Source: Octopus bimaculoides (taxonomy: Eukaryota). Taken from it: a DNA stretch of 41,212 nt. The notes below the pieces were generated by a model, which was not told the DNA's origin, ran no database searches, and saw only the letters and a program-made list of their open reading frames with translations. Where the stretch lies: contig NC_068997.1 of the NCBI RefSeq assembly GCF_001194135.2, forward strand, positions 9,718,562-9,759,773, read 5' to 3'. Below, piece by piece: positions 1-11,765 of this stretch (position 1 is its first letter; every line of letters starts with the position of its first letter). A program made the translations under genes and the position numbers.

Positions 1-96
1 AGTAGAAGACACTTTCCCAATGTACCACACAATGGGGCTGAACTCAGAACCATGCGGTTGGTACGCGAGCTACTTACCACACAGCCACTCCTGCAC
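1..96 (-). mobile_element. tRNA-headed SINE family A, 5' part (runs off window start)
   Basis: Reverse complement begins GCAGGAGTGGCTGTGTGGTAAGTAGC...GAGTTCAGCCCC, matching the head of the full copy at 13321 (A-box-like TGGCTGTGTGG, B-box-like GTTCAG). Confidence 0.85.
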
Positions 97-186
97 CTAT
101 TTATAGTAAATATGTGAAACCCTCCTCTTCCCATTTACTGCCTTTGACATCAATTCTTCTAATCAGACCCTCATTAATTCATATGC

Positions 187-226
<40 letters not shown>

Positions 227-845
227 ACCTTTTCCTACGTTGTGTGTATGTGTATATGCACACATGCATGTGCACACATGTATATGCACACATGCATGTG
301 CACACACTCATATATATAGTATGTGGAATGCTTCCTGAGATATTTTCCTTCAGCCATATTGTTGATGTTCCTAATTAGCATCAGTACAGTCAGCCTGCCC
401 ACCTCTCTCTCTCTTATACTGTTTGTGTGTGAGTGTGTGTATATATTTTAGTTATGCACATATGTATATATATATGTGTGTGTGTGTGTATTACTATATA
501 TATATATATATATATATATATNNNNNNNNNNTATATATATATACATATAGCAATAAGAAAATGGGTTGAATATGTGGTATTCATCAACTTGCAGACATTG
601 TATTATGTCAATTTACTTGTTTATTTTTTATCTAAGAGGACAATAAGAACAATACAGAAATACATGTGACATACTATGTCATATCAGTAATTAAAAAAGG
701 ACATCTAGTGACCGGAGATGGGACAATGTCTTACAGCTGTTTCAGGAGCCTACAATGGAGATAAGACAGGTCTGAGTATGCGATCTACTTTACATGACAT
801 TCTCAGGATCTCAGCAGCTATTGCTAATAACCCTACTGCTTCTCT

Positions 846-1000
846 AGCCATCTCTTCCAAGTAAAAGAGCTACACAAGTACTTAGCTTGAAATAATAGCT
901 CACTCTATTTGGCATTCATTGAGCTGGAGACTGGAGAAGATATCTGATAGGGTTCCATGTTCTTTAGTCCAGTGGTTACTGAGAATATTAAAGATGTGCT
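846..1000 (+). mobile_element. Degenerate RTE-clade LINE reverse-transcriptase fragment
   Basis: With frameshifts reads AI..VKELHKYLA*NNSSLYLAFIELEKISDRVPCSLVQWLLRIL, matching the RTE RT pattern AIFLVRQLQEKYL..KPLYLAFVDLEKAFDRVPR. A 7-bp duplication (CTGGAGA) breaks the frame. Confidence 0.75.
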
Positions 1001-1004
1001 TTTG

Positions 1005-1230
1005 ATAGTTCAATGGCTGATCCTTCTGTTGGGTCTGTTTGGGGTACACACTCCCCCTCTCTCTCTCTCTCTCTTCTGTGCATTCTCCTCATTCAGTAAG
1101 CACGTCTAGTACTATTTCCATGCCTCTTTCTTTTCAGCATCAACGATGGCCATCTTCTGCTGTCAGTCCTCCCCAACAACAATAACTTGACTCTCCTCGT
1201 CACACTGTTTTGCAGTTTGAAACTGATCAC
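1005..1230 (-). mobile_element. Degenerate RTE LINE fragment (endonuclease-RT linker)
   Basis: Minus strand reads QTAKQCDEESQVIVVGED*..AIVDAEKKEAWK*Y*TCLLNEENA..PN.DPTEGSAI, matching the RTE linker pattern KKEAW..Y..LLN.EN.W....PNVDPTEGPAI. Confidence 0.7.
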
Positions 1231-1257
1231 ACTCGGATCTTCATAAAATGCTTTCTA

Positions 1258-1475
1258 CTATAGGCACAAGGTTTGAAATTTTATGGGAGGAAGGTAGTTG
1301 ATTACATTGACCCCCAATGCTTAACTGATACTTATTTTATCAACCCTGAATAGATAAAAGGCAAAGTTGACCTCAGCAGTATTTGAACTCAGAACTTAAG
1401 GTCAGAAGAAGTGTTGTTGAGCACTTTGTCCATCATGCTAATAATTCTGCCAGATCATTGTCTTGTGATCTTCAT
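1258..1475 (-). mobile_element. tRNA-headed SINE family D
   Basis: Reverse complement contains GTTCTGAGTTCAAATACTGCTGAGGTCAACTTTGCCTTT; the same core recurs at 5095, 12170, 17165, 24738, 30525 and 31595. Confidence 0.8.
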
Positions 1476-3269
1476 ATATCTAATTCACAGACTCGTCATT
1501 ATATGTATCAATTTCACAATTGTTACCTTAATAAAAGCTAATGGGTTTGTATTCTAAGTAAGAAGTACAAAAATAGCGCTTGCTTCAGTCTGCTTGGCTG
1601 TCAATAGGTTTCAAATTTTTACTACATTTTGAATGGTTAGACCTTTGGAAGAACATTGAACACTGAAAAATCAAACATGAAAATATTCAATGCTGAGCAA
1701 AACAAAGCAAATCTATTCCTTTCCAAATGTGTATAACCACAGGAAAAAATTTAGTTTAAAACTAAAACACAAAACAACAAAATTACTAGAAACTGAATTG
1801 GACTAGTATTGAACCCTTGTGTTGAGTTCACAGCCTGTTCCATATATTAAGTTTGATTGAAATTTATTTTTTAAATAATAAGAAAAGAGAGAGAAAAAAA
1901 ATTAAGTTCTCTTTTGAAATAATCAACCTCTGTAACTTATTTTTACTCTGCTTTCCATAAAATTATCAAAATATATATATAAAAAAAAAGCAAACAAATG
2001 AACAAGCTTAAATTTAATGGATCACGATTTTCAAATTAGCAGCAGTTTATGTTGTGCTTCTATTAATCTATAATTCTCTTCTGATATAGATTTTTATCAA
2101 ATTGATTTATTTTCCTCCCTCTCTCTGTCTGTCTATCTGTCTTTCTCTCTCTCTCTCCTGCTTCTCCTGATATTCCTCCTCCTCCTCCTCCTTCCTCTTC
2201 TTTCCATCCTTCCTCTATGCCGACTAGCATGCTGTTAGTTATCGATTTATTCGTCATGATGTGCACCTGCAGTTGTTTGACAGTTCCAATGGTTAATGCA
2301 AAAGAGAGAATTTCATAATTATTTACTTAACATTGTTATATAAATTTAATACACTCGTTTTAACTGCAACCAACCTGTCCATAAACCTTTTGTGTTTTTC
2401 GTTGTTGTTGCTGTTGTTGTATGAAAAATATATTTCTTTGCCTCTCTCTCTCTCTATTATGTTTTCGGTTAATTTTTCATTCACCAACCAAAGTTTTATG
2501 GTACTCTGAGCCTATTTATTTAAAATACCTCTGACTTGCATTGATGAAAAACGAAACAAAAACCACAGCAACAACAACGCCAACAACAAAGCAAAATGGT
2601 ATAAAACGGAAATCCAAACCGAAACCCAAACAAGAGAAATTAAAGCCAAGTTCAGCATGGTTAATTGATTTTCTGTCCATTAGTGAACTGGAGCTGAAAG
2701 AGTCATCAATGATTCAGACCTCACACCCATCATGTGAGGTAGACATACTGGCTGATTAACCCTATGGTGATGGCGNNNNNNNNNNTCCTGATTTTGTTTC
2801 TCTATCTTCCTGTGAGTCAAAGCCTTTCCACTGCAGGAAAGAGGAATACAGTGGAATATTCTACCTATTTTATAATAAAAGTATATATTTATTTTTGTTT
2901 TACAAAAAAAAAAAAACCCCACAGAAAAAAAAACAGACATTAAAAAAATGGGGAAAAATAAAAAGGAAAATGAAATATAAATACCACAATGAGAATAGTA
3001 TTAGTTACCATTGTGTAGAAGTTTATAATGGGTGTGAAGATGCTTTGTGTGTTTATGTGTGCATGTGTGTATATGTAGGGTTTTCTATACACACACACAC
3101 ACACACACATATATGTTTAAATGACTGTATGTAATAGGTTTGTGTAGGCATGTATGCATTTTTATATTTTGATTAAATGTGTAGAGTATATATATGTGTC
3201 TGTTTGTGGATATATGTTGTGTGTGTATGTGCACACACATGCATGCACACACATATTGAGTAGCATGCT

Positions 3270-3430
3270 TTGATAGGATACACTTCATCAGAATTTTTTG
3301 ACTCAGGCCTTGTAAAACATTCCATTCCTGTTTCCTTGTTGTATAAACCATGTTTCCGAAGCAAGGACAAGCTAGATTGCCGCGGTAATGGTACATATAA
3401 TACCAGAATAAAGACAAAATCAAAAATTGA
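3270..3430 (-). mobile_element. Possible very old LINE RT C-terminal remnant
   Basis: Minus frame with stops reads LYSGIICTITAAI*LVLASETWFIQQ...FYKA*VKKF**SVSYQ, loosely resembling RTE/L2-type LLYASETW...FY.R.L..I..ISYQ. Weak. Confidence 0.3.
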
Positions 3431-4023
3431 TATTATTAATGTATATCAAATATTAAATTGTCAACATTTGGTTTTGTCTATATCCTGCATATATTGCGGA
3501 TATACANNNNNNNNNNNNNNNNNNNNNNNNNNNNNNNNNNNNNNNNNNNNNNNNNNNNNNNNNNNNNNNNNNNNNNNNNNNNNNNNNNNNNNNNNNNNNN
3601 NNNNNNNNNNNNNNNNNNNNNNNNNNNNNNNNNNNNNNNNNNNNNNNNNNNNNNNNNNNNNNNNNNNNNNNNNNNNNNNNNNNNNNNNNNNNNNNNNNNN
3701 NNNNNNNNNNNNNNNNNNNNNNNNNNNNNNNNNNNNNNNNNNNNNNNNNNNNNNNNNNNNNNNNNNNNNNNNNNNNNNNNNNNNNNNNNNNNNNNNNNNN
3801 NNNNNNNNNNNNNNNNNNNNNNNNNNNNNNNNNNNNNNNNNNNNNNNNNNNNNNNNNNNNNNNNNNNNNNNNNNNNNNNNNNNNNNNNNNNNNNNNNNNN
3901 NNNNNNNNNNNNNNNNNNNNNNNNNNNNNNNNNNNNNNNNNNNNNNNNNNNNNNNNNNNNNNNNNNNNNNNNNNNNNNNNNNNNNNNNNNNNNNNNNNNN
4001 NNNNNNNNNNNNNNNNNNNNNNN

Positions 4024-4074
<51 letters not shown>

Positions 4075-4077
<3 letters not shown>

Positions 4078-4975
4078 CATGATGATGATCATCATCATTT
4101 AACGTGCATTGTCCATGCTGGCATGGCTTGGATGGTTTGACCAGGGCTGGGCAAGCTGGAAGGCTACTCCAGATGCCAGCCTGATTTGGCATGGTTTCTA
4201 CAACTGGATGCCCTTCCTAATGCCAACTACTCCAAGAGTGTAATGGGTGCTTTTACGTGCCATTGGCACAGGTGCCATTTGCATGACACCTGTATCTGCC
4301 ACAACTGTGATTTTGCTCGGCTTGATGGGTCTTCTTCTCAAGCACAACATAATGTCAAAGGTCTCAGTCAGTGCCTCCAGGAGGCCCAATACTCAAAAGG
4401 AGCTCAGCCACTTTGCCTCCATGAAGCCCAATGCCCGAAAGGTGCTTTTTATATGCCACTGGCCCAGATGCCAGTTAGGTGGCACCTGCATCAGCCACAA
4501 CTACAATTTCACTTGACTTGATGGGTCTTCTCAAGTGCAGCACATCACCAAAGGTCTCAGTCACTAATCATTGCCTCTGTGAGGCTCAAAGTTAAAAGAT
4601 CATGCTTCACCACCTTGTCCCATGACTTTCTGGGTCTACCTCTACCACAGGTTCCCTTCACAGTTAGAGTCCAGCACTTCTTTACACTTCTGCCCTCATC
4701 CATATGCATCACATGACCATGCCAGTGCAGTCATCTCTGTTGCACACCACATCTGATTCCTCTTATGCCTAGCTTTTCTTTCAAGATGCTTACACTCTGT
4801 CAAACATGCACACTGACATTGCACACCCATCGAAGCATCCTGGCTTCATTTCTTTCAATCCTACTCATGTCCTCGGCTGTCACAACTCATGTTTCACTGC
4901 CATGTAGCATAGCTGTTCACTCACAAACATTGTACAACCTGCCTTTTACTTTGAGAGGAAAGGCAGATTGTATGA
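4075..4975 (-). mobile_element. RTE LINE 3' end (RT C-terminus, 3' UTR, (GAT)n tail), with the stop-codon region present twice
   Basis: Translates with stops as FPLKVKGRLYNVCE*TAMLHGSET*VVTAEDMSRIERNEARMLRWVCNV...WHGHVMHMDEG..KKC..LTVKGTCGRGRPRKSWDKVVKHDL. Ends in ...ACGTTAAATGATGATGAT. Segments 4310-4390 and 4500-4590 are diverged copies of each other. Confidence 0.9.
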
Positions 4976-5094
4976 TGCCCATGTATGTATGTATGTATAT
5001 ATATGTGTATGTATAGTCTGTGCCAGTGTCAACATTAGTGAGAAAAGGAGACAGGCAGCAGACATACAGACAGACAAGAAATAATAACTTTGCT

Positions 5095-5290
5095 AATATT
5101 GGTTTCAGATTTTGGCACAAAGCCAGCAGTTGTGGACGGGGAGGGTGTAAGTTAGTTTATTTTATCGACCCTGAAAGGATGAAAGGTGAAGTCGAAGCCA
5201 GCGGAATTTGAACTCGGAACACGTAGTAAGAAGAACTGCTGCTACATATCTTTTTTCAGTGCAGTAACAATTCTGCCAGTTCGCCACCTT
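5095..5290 (-). mobile_element. SINE family D
   Basis: Plus strand shows CGACCCTGAAAGGATGAAAGGTGAAGTCGAAGCCAGCGGAATTTGAACTC, the reverse complement of the family D core and B-box. Confidence 0.8.
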
Positions 5291-5609
5291 AATAACTTCC
5301 CTAATATTAACAATTAATATGTGAGAAGTTGTTTAATCAATTTATAAAGAAATTCAATAGCTGCAGGTCAGTAGGATCTGGAAGTATTTTCTTAAAAATA
5401 CCATTTGTGTTTTCAAGTGATATCAACCGTTTCCGGAATCTTGTAGTTTTGTGTTGAATTTTCTGCTTTTGCGTCCATTAGTGTCAGAAGTAGCAGCTCT
5501 CTGTTTAACTCTTTTGTTCTCATATTTCTGTTAAAACTCAATGTCTTTTGTTTCAATTAATTTAATTATTTGAAACAAAAGAATTTAGTCAAATAACTGT
5601 CAATATTAA

Positions 5610-5830
5610 CCCTTCGTTACTGTATTTATTTTGAGATGCTCTGTGTTTCTTTCAATTAATTTTAAATATAACAAAGAATTTAGTAAAATAACTTAGTTAT
5701 CATTAAGCTGGTGTTAGGAACATAAATTGTGATTAAGGTTTGGTGGAAGATTTTAATTCAGAACTTTTGAAATCAAGGCATTTGTACTACAGAGCTAGAC
5801 ACAGTTTCAGCCAGGTTGGTATCAAAAAGG
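5610..5830. mobile_element. piggyBac-like MITE (TTAA-flanked)
   Basis: TTAA at 5606-5609 and 5831-5834; termini CCCTTCG...AAAAAGG; no ORF. Confidence 0.75.
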
Positions 5831-5861
5831 TTAAGAATTGTTTCTCTATTATATATTCTAA

Positions 5862-6076
5862 CCCTTTCGTTACCGTGTTTATTTTGAGATGCTTTGTGTT
5901 TCTTTCAATTAATTTTAAATATAACAAAGAATTTAGTAAAATAACTCGGTTATCATTAAGTTAGTGTTAAGAACATAAATTGTGACTAAGGTTTGGTGGA
6001 AGATTTTAATTCAGAACTTTTGAAAAAAAGACATTTGTACTCAGAGCTGGTTTCAGCTGGGTTGGTATTGAAAGGG
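5862..6076. mobile_element. piggyBac-like MITE, second tandem copy
   Basis: CTAA|CCCTTTCG...TGAAAGGG|TTAA; closely similar to 5610-5830 throughout. Confidence 0.8.
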
Positions 6077-6107
6077 TTAAGCTAGTACTTAGAACACAAA
6101 TTAACAT

Positions 6108-6352
6108 AGAGGCAATGACAAATGACCGAGACCATTGGCAATATGCTGTGCTTGAGAAGAAGACCCATCAAGCCAATTGAAATTGTAATTGTGGCAGACA
6201 CTGGTGCCACACGACTGGCACCTGTGCCAGTGGCACACAAAGCACCCATTATACTCTTGAAGTGGCTGGCATTAGAAAGGGCATCCAGCTGTAGAAACCA
6301 TGCCAAATCTGGTGCAGCTCCTCAGCTTACCAGCTCTGGTCAAACCGTCCAA
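6108..6352 (+). mobile_element. RTE 3' end fragment
   Basis: GAGGCAATGAC...GTGCTTGAGAAGAAGACCCATCAAG...GGCATTAGAAAGGGCATCCAGCTGTAGAAA; reverse complement of segments inside 4075-4975. Confidence 0.8.
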
Positions 6353-6354
6353 TC

Positions 6355-6497
6355 TAGCAGTTCAGCAAAAGAAACTGATAGATTAAGTGCTAGGCTTACA
6401 AAGAATAAGTTCTGGGGGTCAATTTGTTCGACTAAAGGCAGTGCTCCAGCATGGCCACAGTCAAATGATTGAAACAAGTAAAAGAATAAAAGTAAAA
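6355..6497 (+). mobile_element. SINE family A, 3' half
   Basis: ACAAAGAATAAGTTCTGGGGGTCAATTTGTTCGACTAAAGGCAGTGCTCCAGCATGGCCACAGTCAAATGATTGAAACAAGTAAAAG, as in 13600-13730. Confidence 0.85.
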
Positions 6498-6534
6498 AAG
6501 CCATATGTACATTCAGTCACTGAATTGCATTGTT

Positions 6535-6771
6535 TAGGGTGTTCGAAAAGTCTCTCCGCAGTAAGTATTTCATAGTTTTCGGGCGATTCTTGTACACTGA
6601 TCCTTTACTTACTCCCCAGAAAAATAAGTCTGGCGGTGTTAAATCAGGTGATCTTGGTGGCCAAAGTCCCCTTCAAAATAATCCGTTCACCAAAAAAACT
6701 CTTAAAGTAGCACCATGGTGATGTGCAGGACGAACAAAAATTCACTGCAGAGAGATGTTTTGAACACCCTG
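6535..6771 (-). mobile_element. Internally deleted Tc1/mariner-superfamily element retaining both TIRs and part of the transposase
   Basis: TIRs TAGGGTGTTCGAAAAGTCTC and reverse complement CAGGGTGTTCAAAACATCTC (16/20); TA at 6772-6773. Minus strand encodes FFGERIILK.LWPPRSPDLTPPDLFFWGVSKGSVYKNRPKT. Confidence 0.85.
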
Positions 6772-8178
6772 TATAAAGTTTTGCTATTGTAACTGCAATG
6801 AATAGTGTTAAATATCATAAGACAGTATTTCGTCTGACTTCTTGTAGTTATTAGTGTTAATCAATAAATGACAAACGAGATTAGACTCGAGGGAATTGAT
6901 GGAAAGTTAGGAGAAATTTGTAATCTTTAGTCTTTCCCAAAGACATTATTGACAGAAACAAATTTGAAATGCTTACATCTGAGAATTAAGTGTGGGCTGT
7001 GGGTCACAGTTCATCAAGACATTTCTGCTATTCTACAATAACTTACAACACATGCATGCATACACACATGCGCAAACACAACAGAACACCTACACATATA
7101 TATGCACACACGCATTGACATTTGATAGGCAGTTTGAATTGTCAAAAAAAAAAAAAAATTCTTGCATTCAAAATTGTCTGAAGTTATTTTTCACCTTTAA
7201 AAACATGATTTTCTGAATGTGTTACTGTTGTTGATGATACTGTTGTTGTTGTTATTGTTCCGGCTCTCGTCAGCCTTGATAACGCAGATCTATATTCAAA
7301 GACACTAGTTCAACCCATGCCAGCATGGAACGTGGATGTTAAACAACAATGATGATGATGATGATTTCAGTTGTGATCAGCCACCATTCATTCAGACATG
7401 GTATATCTAGGACTACATTATCCATTGTATCCTTACCTTTTTAAGACATGGTAGGATGCAATATAAGGAAAGATTTGGCTGCTGTTTCTAGCATATTCTA
7501 GCAACCCCATAGAAGCTGCCTCTTATTAGCTTAGAGTGCATGAGGTTTTTTTGTCAGAAGTGTGACTATTAATAGTAGCAGAAGATAGGCAAGGAATGCA
7601 GAGCTCTGCAGTAAAAATCCAATATAAATGCCTCCTAAATTCCAAAGAACCTTTAAAGAGTTGGTTGTTTTGGTTCTGGCTTTGTGCAGTGAAGCAGACA
7701 AGAGATAAAGTTTTCTTTCATCCAGCCCCTATTGGCTGAGAGTCAAACGTACGGCAGGTAACTTTCTCAGATCATCTGGTATGTATTACCTATGATAAAT
7801 GAACTTTAGCATTAAGAAAAAAAATTAAGCATCCTACTGAGAGAGAAAGAGAGAAAGAGAGAAAATGAAGAAATGCATGTAAAGGATTTGAACTTGTGAT
7901 CTCTGAACTGGTAGTCCAACACCTTATCCACTCAGCTATGTCACATCTACTAATGTATTTAGGAATGTTTGATGCATGACAGGGTTTCAGAAGCATTGTA
8001 AAAATATAATACAAGTTTTCTGCCAAGGTTAAGAAACATTTAAGGGGCTGTTATTTTGTGGTTTAGCCCCAGGTGCAGATCTGTGATCAAAAGCATTCTG
8101 GCTGTGACCATCCTATAATTTTGGTCGATATCTAAGACCAGTCACTTATGTCATACAAGGTAGTTAGTTGAGGTTTAA

Positions 8179-8355
8179 CCCTTTTGATACCAGAACCCAT
8201 CTGAGGTAATCTCTGGTTTTGTGATACAAACTCCCTGTTTTTTTTAAGCGATCTAAATTAAGACCTTTTATCAAAACCCAATTTAATAATGACAAAGTTA
8301 TTTTACTAAATTCCTCATTATTTTCAAAATTAACTGAAATTTAGTAACAAAAGGG
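8179..8355. mobile_element. piggyBac-like MITE, diverged inverted copy
   Basis: TTAA|CCCTTTTGATACC...ACAAAAGGG; reverse complement of the 5610 family. Confidence 0.65.
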
Positions 8356-8428
8356 TTTAAAATCTGTTATTTTGTTGTTTAGCCTCAGATCAACCTGGAT
8401 TGAGTAGATAAAATAATAATAATAATAA

Positions 8429-8479
8429 TAAGGGGAGACAAATGTTTTTAGTTCAACTAAAAACATTTGTCTCCCCTTA
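8429..8479. repeat. Perfect inverted repeat, 25-bp arms, 1-nt spacer
   Basis: TAAGGGGAGACAAATGTTTTTAGTT-C-AACTAAAAACATTTGTCTCCCCTTA; checked base by base, 25/25 pairs. Confidence 0.97.
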
Positions 8480-9071
8480 CACACACTTCCTGTTTTGACA
8501 CCACACTTCCTGCTTAACACAAGCTTTTAGCCCTTTTTTTAAACCTAACACAACTCTCAATTCTCATGCATCCTTATTTTTCCAACCATTATATACATGA
8601 ACTACCATTGAACTTCAAAAGCTCAAAGACAATATAATGTATTGGTATGTTTATTTTTTTATATATTATTTTCTTCATTTTGTACTTCTTTGTAAAAAAC
8701 ATTTTCATTCTCCCTCTTCTTGAAAATTTGCTTCACAATGAAAGCCGGTTAGAGAAATCTTTATTGAAATATGCTTCCAGTTTAGCATTCTGCCTTATTA
8801 TTATTTTTCATTTTCCTATTATTNNNNNNNNNNNNNNNNNNNNNNNNNNNNNNNNNNNNNNNNNNNNNNNNNNNNNNNNNNNNNNNNNNNNNNNNNNNNN
8901 NNNNNNNNNNNNNNNNNNNNNNNNNNNNNNNNNNNNNNNNNNNNNNNNNNNNNNNNNNNNNNNNNAGAGAGAGAGAGAGAGAGAGAGAGAGATATGTTTA
9001 TATATATATTATGTATATATATTATCATATAATATATATGTGTGCGTGTATATCTATATATATATTAGTGT

Positions 9072-9430
9072 GGAGGCGCAATGGCCCAGTGATTAGGGTA
9101 ACGGATTTTTGGTCATAGGATCGCGGTTTCAAGTCCCTGACCAAGCGTTGTGTGTGTTTATTGAGCAAAAACACCTAAAACTCCATGAGGCTCTGGCAGG
9201 TGATGGTGGCGAACCCCGCTTTCTCTCACTCTTTCTTCCTGTTTCTGTTGTACCCGTATTTCGAAGAGCCAGCCTTGTCACACTCTGTGTCATGCTGAAT
9301 CTCCCTAACAACTACATTAAAGGTACATGTGTCTGTGGAGTGCTCAGCCACTTGCATGTTAATTTCATGAGCAGGCTATTCGGTTGATTGCATCAACTGG
9401 AGTCCTTGTTGTAACCGACGGAGTGCCACG
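9072..9430 (+). mobile_element. tRNA-headed SINE family B, full length
   Basis: Head GGAGGCGCAATGGCCCAGTGATTAGGG...GGTTTCAAGTCCC (A and B boxes); body matches 40885-41212. Confidence 0.9.
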
Positions 9431-10351
9431 ACGATATATTTGTATGTATGTATATTATCCTATATATATGCGCTTGTGTGTATATGTGTATGTATGTAAT
9501 CTCTATCTTTGTGTTTATGTTTTCTTGTGCAAATTGGTGTAGTATTACATCCTTTGCTTGTAAATGGTCTTTTATCTTTTCAATAGACAGAAACCTCTAT
9601 AATAAACACCAGCCTGAATCAATTTCTGGGGGGGGGGGCGGTTGATATATCACCGACAGAGACAAGGCGTTACTCCAGCATGGCCACAATCCAGTGATTG
9701 AAAGCAGTAAAAGGAGTAAATGAATAATTGAGAATGCATGTGCAAGTGCAACACTTTTATAAATTCATATGCATGTTTTTACATATATCTGCATATTCAC
9801 TCTTATCAGCACTGNNNNNNNNNNNNNNNNNNNNNNNNNNNNNNNNNNNNNNNNNNNNNNNNNNNNNNNNNNNNNNNNNNNNNNNNNNNNNNNNNNNNNN
9901 NNNNNNNNNNNNNNNNNNNNNNNNNNNNNNNNNNNNNNNNNNNNNNNNNNNNNNNNNNNNNNNNNNNNNNNNNNNNNNNNNNNNNNNNNNNNNNNNNNNN
10001 NNNNNNNNNNNNNNNNNNNNNNNNNNNNNNNNNNNNNNNNNNNNNNNNNNNNNNNNNNNNNNNNNNNNNNNNNNNNNNNNNNNNNNNNNNNNNNNNNNNN
10101 NNNNNNNNNNNNNNNNNNNNNNNNNNNNNNNNNNNNNNNNNNNNNNNNNNNNNNNNNNNNNNNNNNNNNNNNNNNNNNNNNNNNNNNNNNNNNNNNNNNN
10201 NNNNNNNNNNNNNNNNNNNNNNNNNNNNNNNNNNNNNNNNNNNNNNNNNNNNNNNNNNNNNNNNNNNNNNNNNNNNNNNNNNNNNNNNNNNNNNNNNNNN
10301 NNNNNNNNNNNNNNNNNNNNNNNNNNNNNNNNNNNNNNNNNNNNNNNNNNN

Positions 10352-10414
<63 letters not shown>

Positions 10415-10569
10415 AATATATATGGATGTCTGCACACATGCATATATGTATACATACCCACATCTATATGTATATACATATACACACACATATATATATA
10501 TACACATGTGCACATTTATGCATATATAGACACACAAGTACACAGACATGCACATACACACTCATTCTC

Positions 10570-10615
<46 letters not shown>

Positions 10616-11060
10616 ATATGCACACACCAACACTTAGTCATACACCTACACATGCACACACACACACACACACTCACACACACGCACACACACATATGTA
10701 TATATACGCACACACACACAGATATACACATGCTTACATGCATGCACATATACAAGTACATGCATATGCACACACACACACACACACACACATACACTAC
10801 TCACGCAAACATACACATACACACATATATATCTACACACATGCACACACCACACATACACATTACACACACACTCACTACACACACAGACACTACACAC
10901 ACACACTACACTCACACTATACACACACATGCACATTACACACACACACATTACACACACATTACATACACACGCTACACACACACACACTACACACACA
11001 CATACGCCACACACACACACATTATACACACACACACACACACACACACACCCGTGCACA
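10352..11060. repeat. Compound degenerate (CA)n/(TA)n microsatellite field
   Basis: About 700 bp almost entirely of CA, TA, CATA and CACT units; source of the His/Thr-rich pseudo-ORFs. Confidence 0.95.
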
Positions 11061-11514
11061 GTCACTATTTTCAATTGTCTAATTCCTCAACTTAGCAGAA
11101 AGCTGTCTGCTTCCTGAACTGTTGGTCCCCCTGATTCCCTCCTGCCNNNNNNNNNNNNNNNNNNNNNNNNNNNNNNNNNNNNNNNNNNNNNNNNNNNNNN
11201 NNNNNNNNNNNNNNNNNNNNNNNNNNNNNNNNNNNNNNNNNNNNNNNNNNNNNNNNNNNNNNNNNNNNNNNNNNNNNNNNNNNNNNNNNNNNNNNNNNNN
11301 NNNNNNNNNNNNNNNNNNNNNNNNNNNNNNNNNNNNNNNNNNNNNNNNNNNNNNNNNNNNNNNNNNNNNNNNNNNNNNNNNNNNNNNNNNNCTGTATCAT
11401 TTCAGTTTTATTTTTCAGTCTTCCCCCCTCCACTCTTCTTATTAAAATACTTCCCCTCAATAAGATAAGATTATCTTTCCAGTAGGAACACAGTTATTGA
11501 AGATTATTGCTTTT

Positions 11515-11561
<47 letters not shown>

Positions 11562-11604
11562 ACACACATGCACACACACACACACATACACACACACACA
11601 GAGA

Positions 11605-11760
11605 AGCATAACTGTGTGGTAAGAGGTTTGCTTCCCAACCACATTGTTGTGGATTCAGTCCTACTGCATGACATCTTGTGTCTTCTGCTATCGTCTCGGG
11701 CCAACCAATACCCTGTGAGTGGATTTGGTAGACGGAAACTAAAAGAAGCCCGTTGTGTAT
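11605..11760 (+). mobile_element. SINE family A, 5' half
   Basis: CTGTGTGGTAAGAGGTTTGCTTCCCAACCAC...GTGAGTGGATTTGGTAGACGGAAACTAAAAGAAGCCCG. Confidence 0.85.
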
Positions 11761-11765
11761 ATATA

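Noticed and set aside
2718-2757. let-7-like TGAGGTAG next to an 8-bp stem
   Set aside because: Only the seed matches, the rest is unlike let-7, the stem is too short for a pre-miRNA, and the seed would lie on the wrong arm.
3277-3384. Apparent symmetric 108-nt plus-strand exon (GYTSSEFFDSGLVKHSIPVSLLYKPCFRSKDKLDCR) with AG/GTAATG ends
   Set aside because: The acceptor tract is weak, I recognise no homolog, and the opposite strand resembles a decayed LINE. It is not excluded without RNA-seq.
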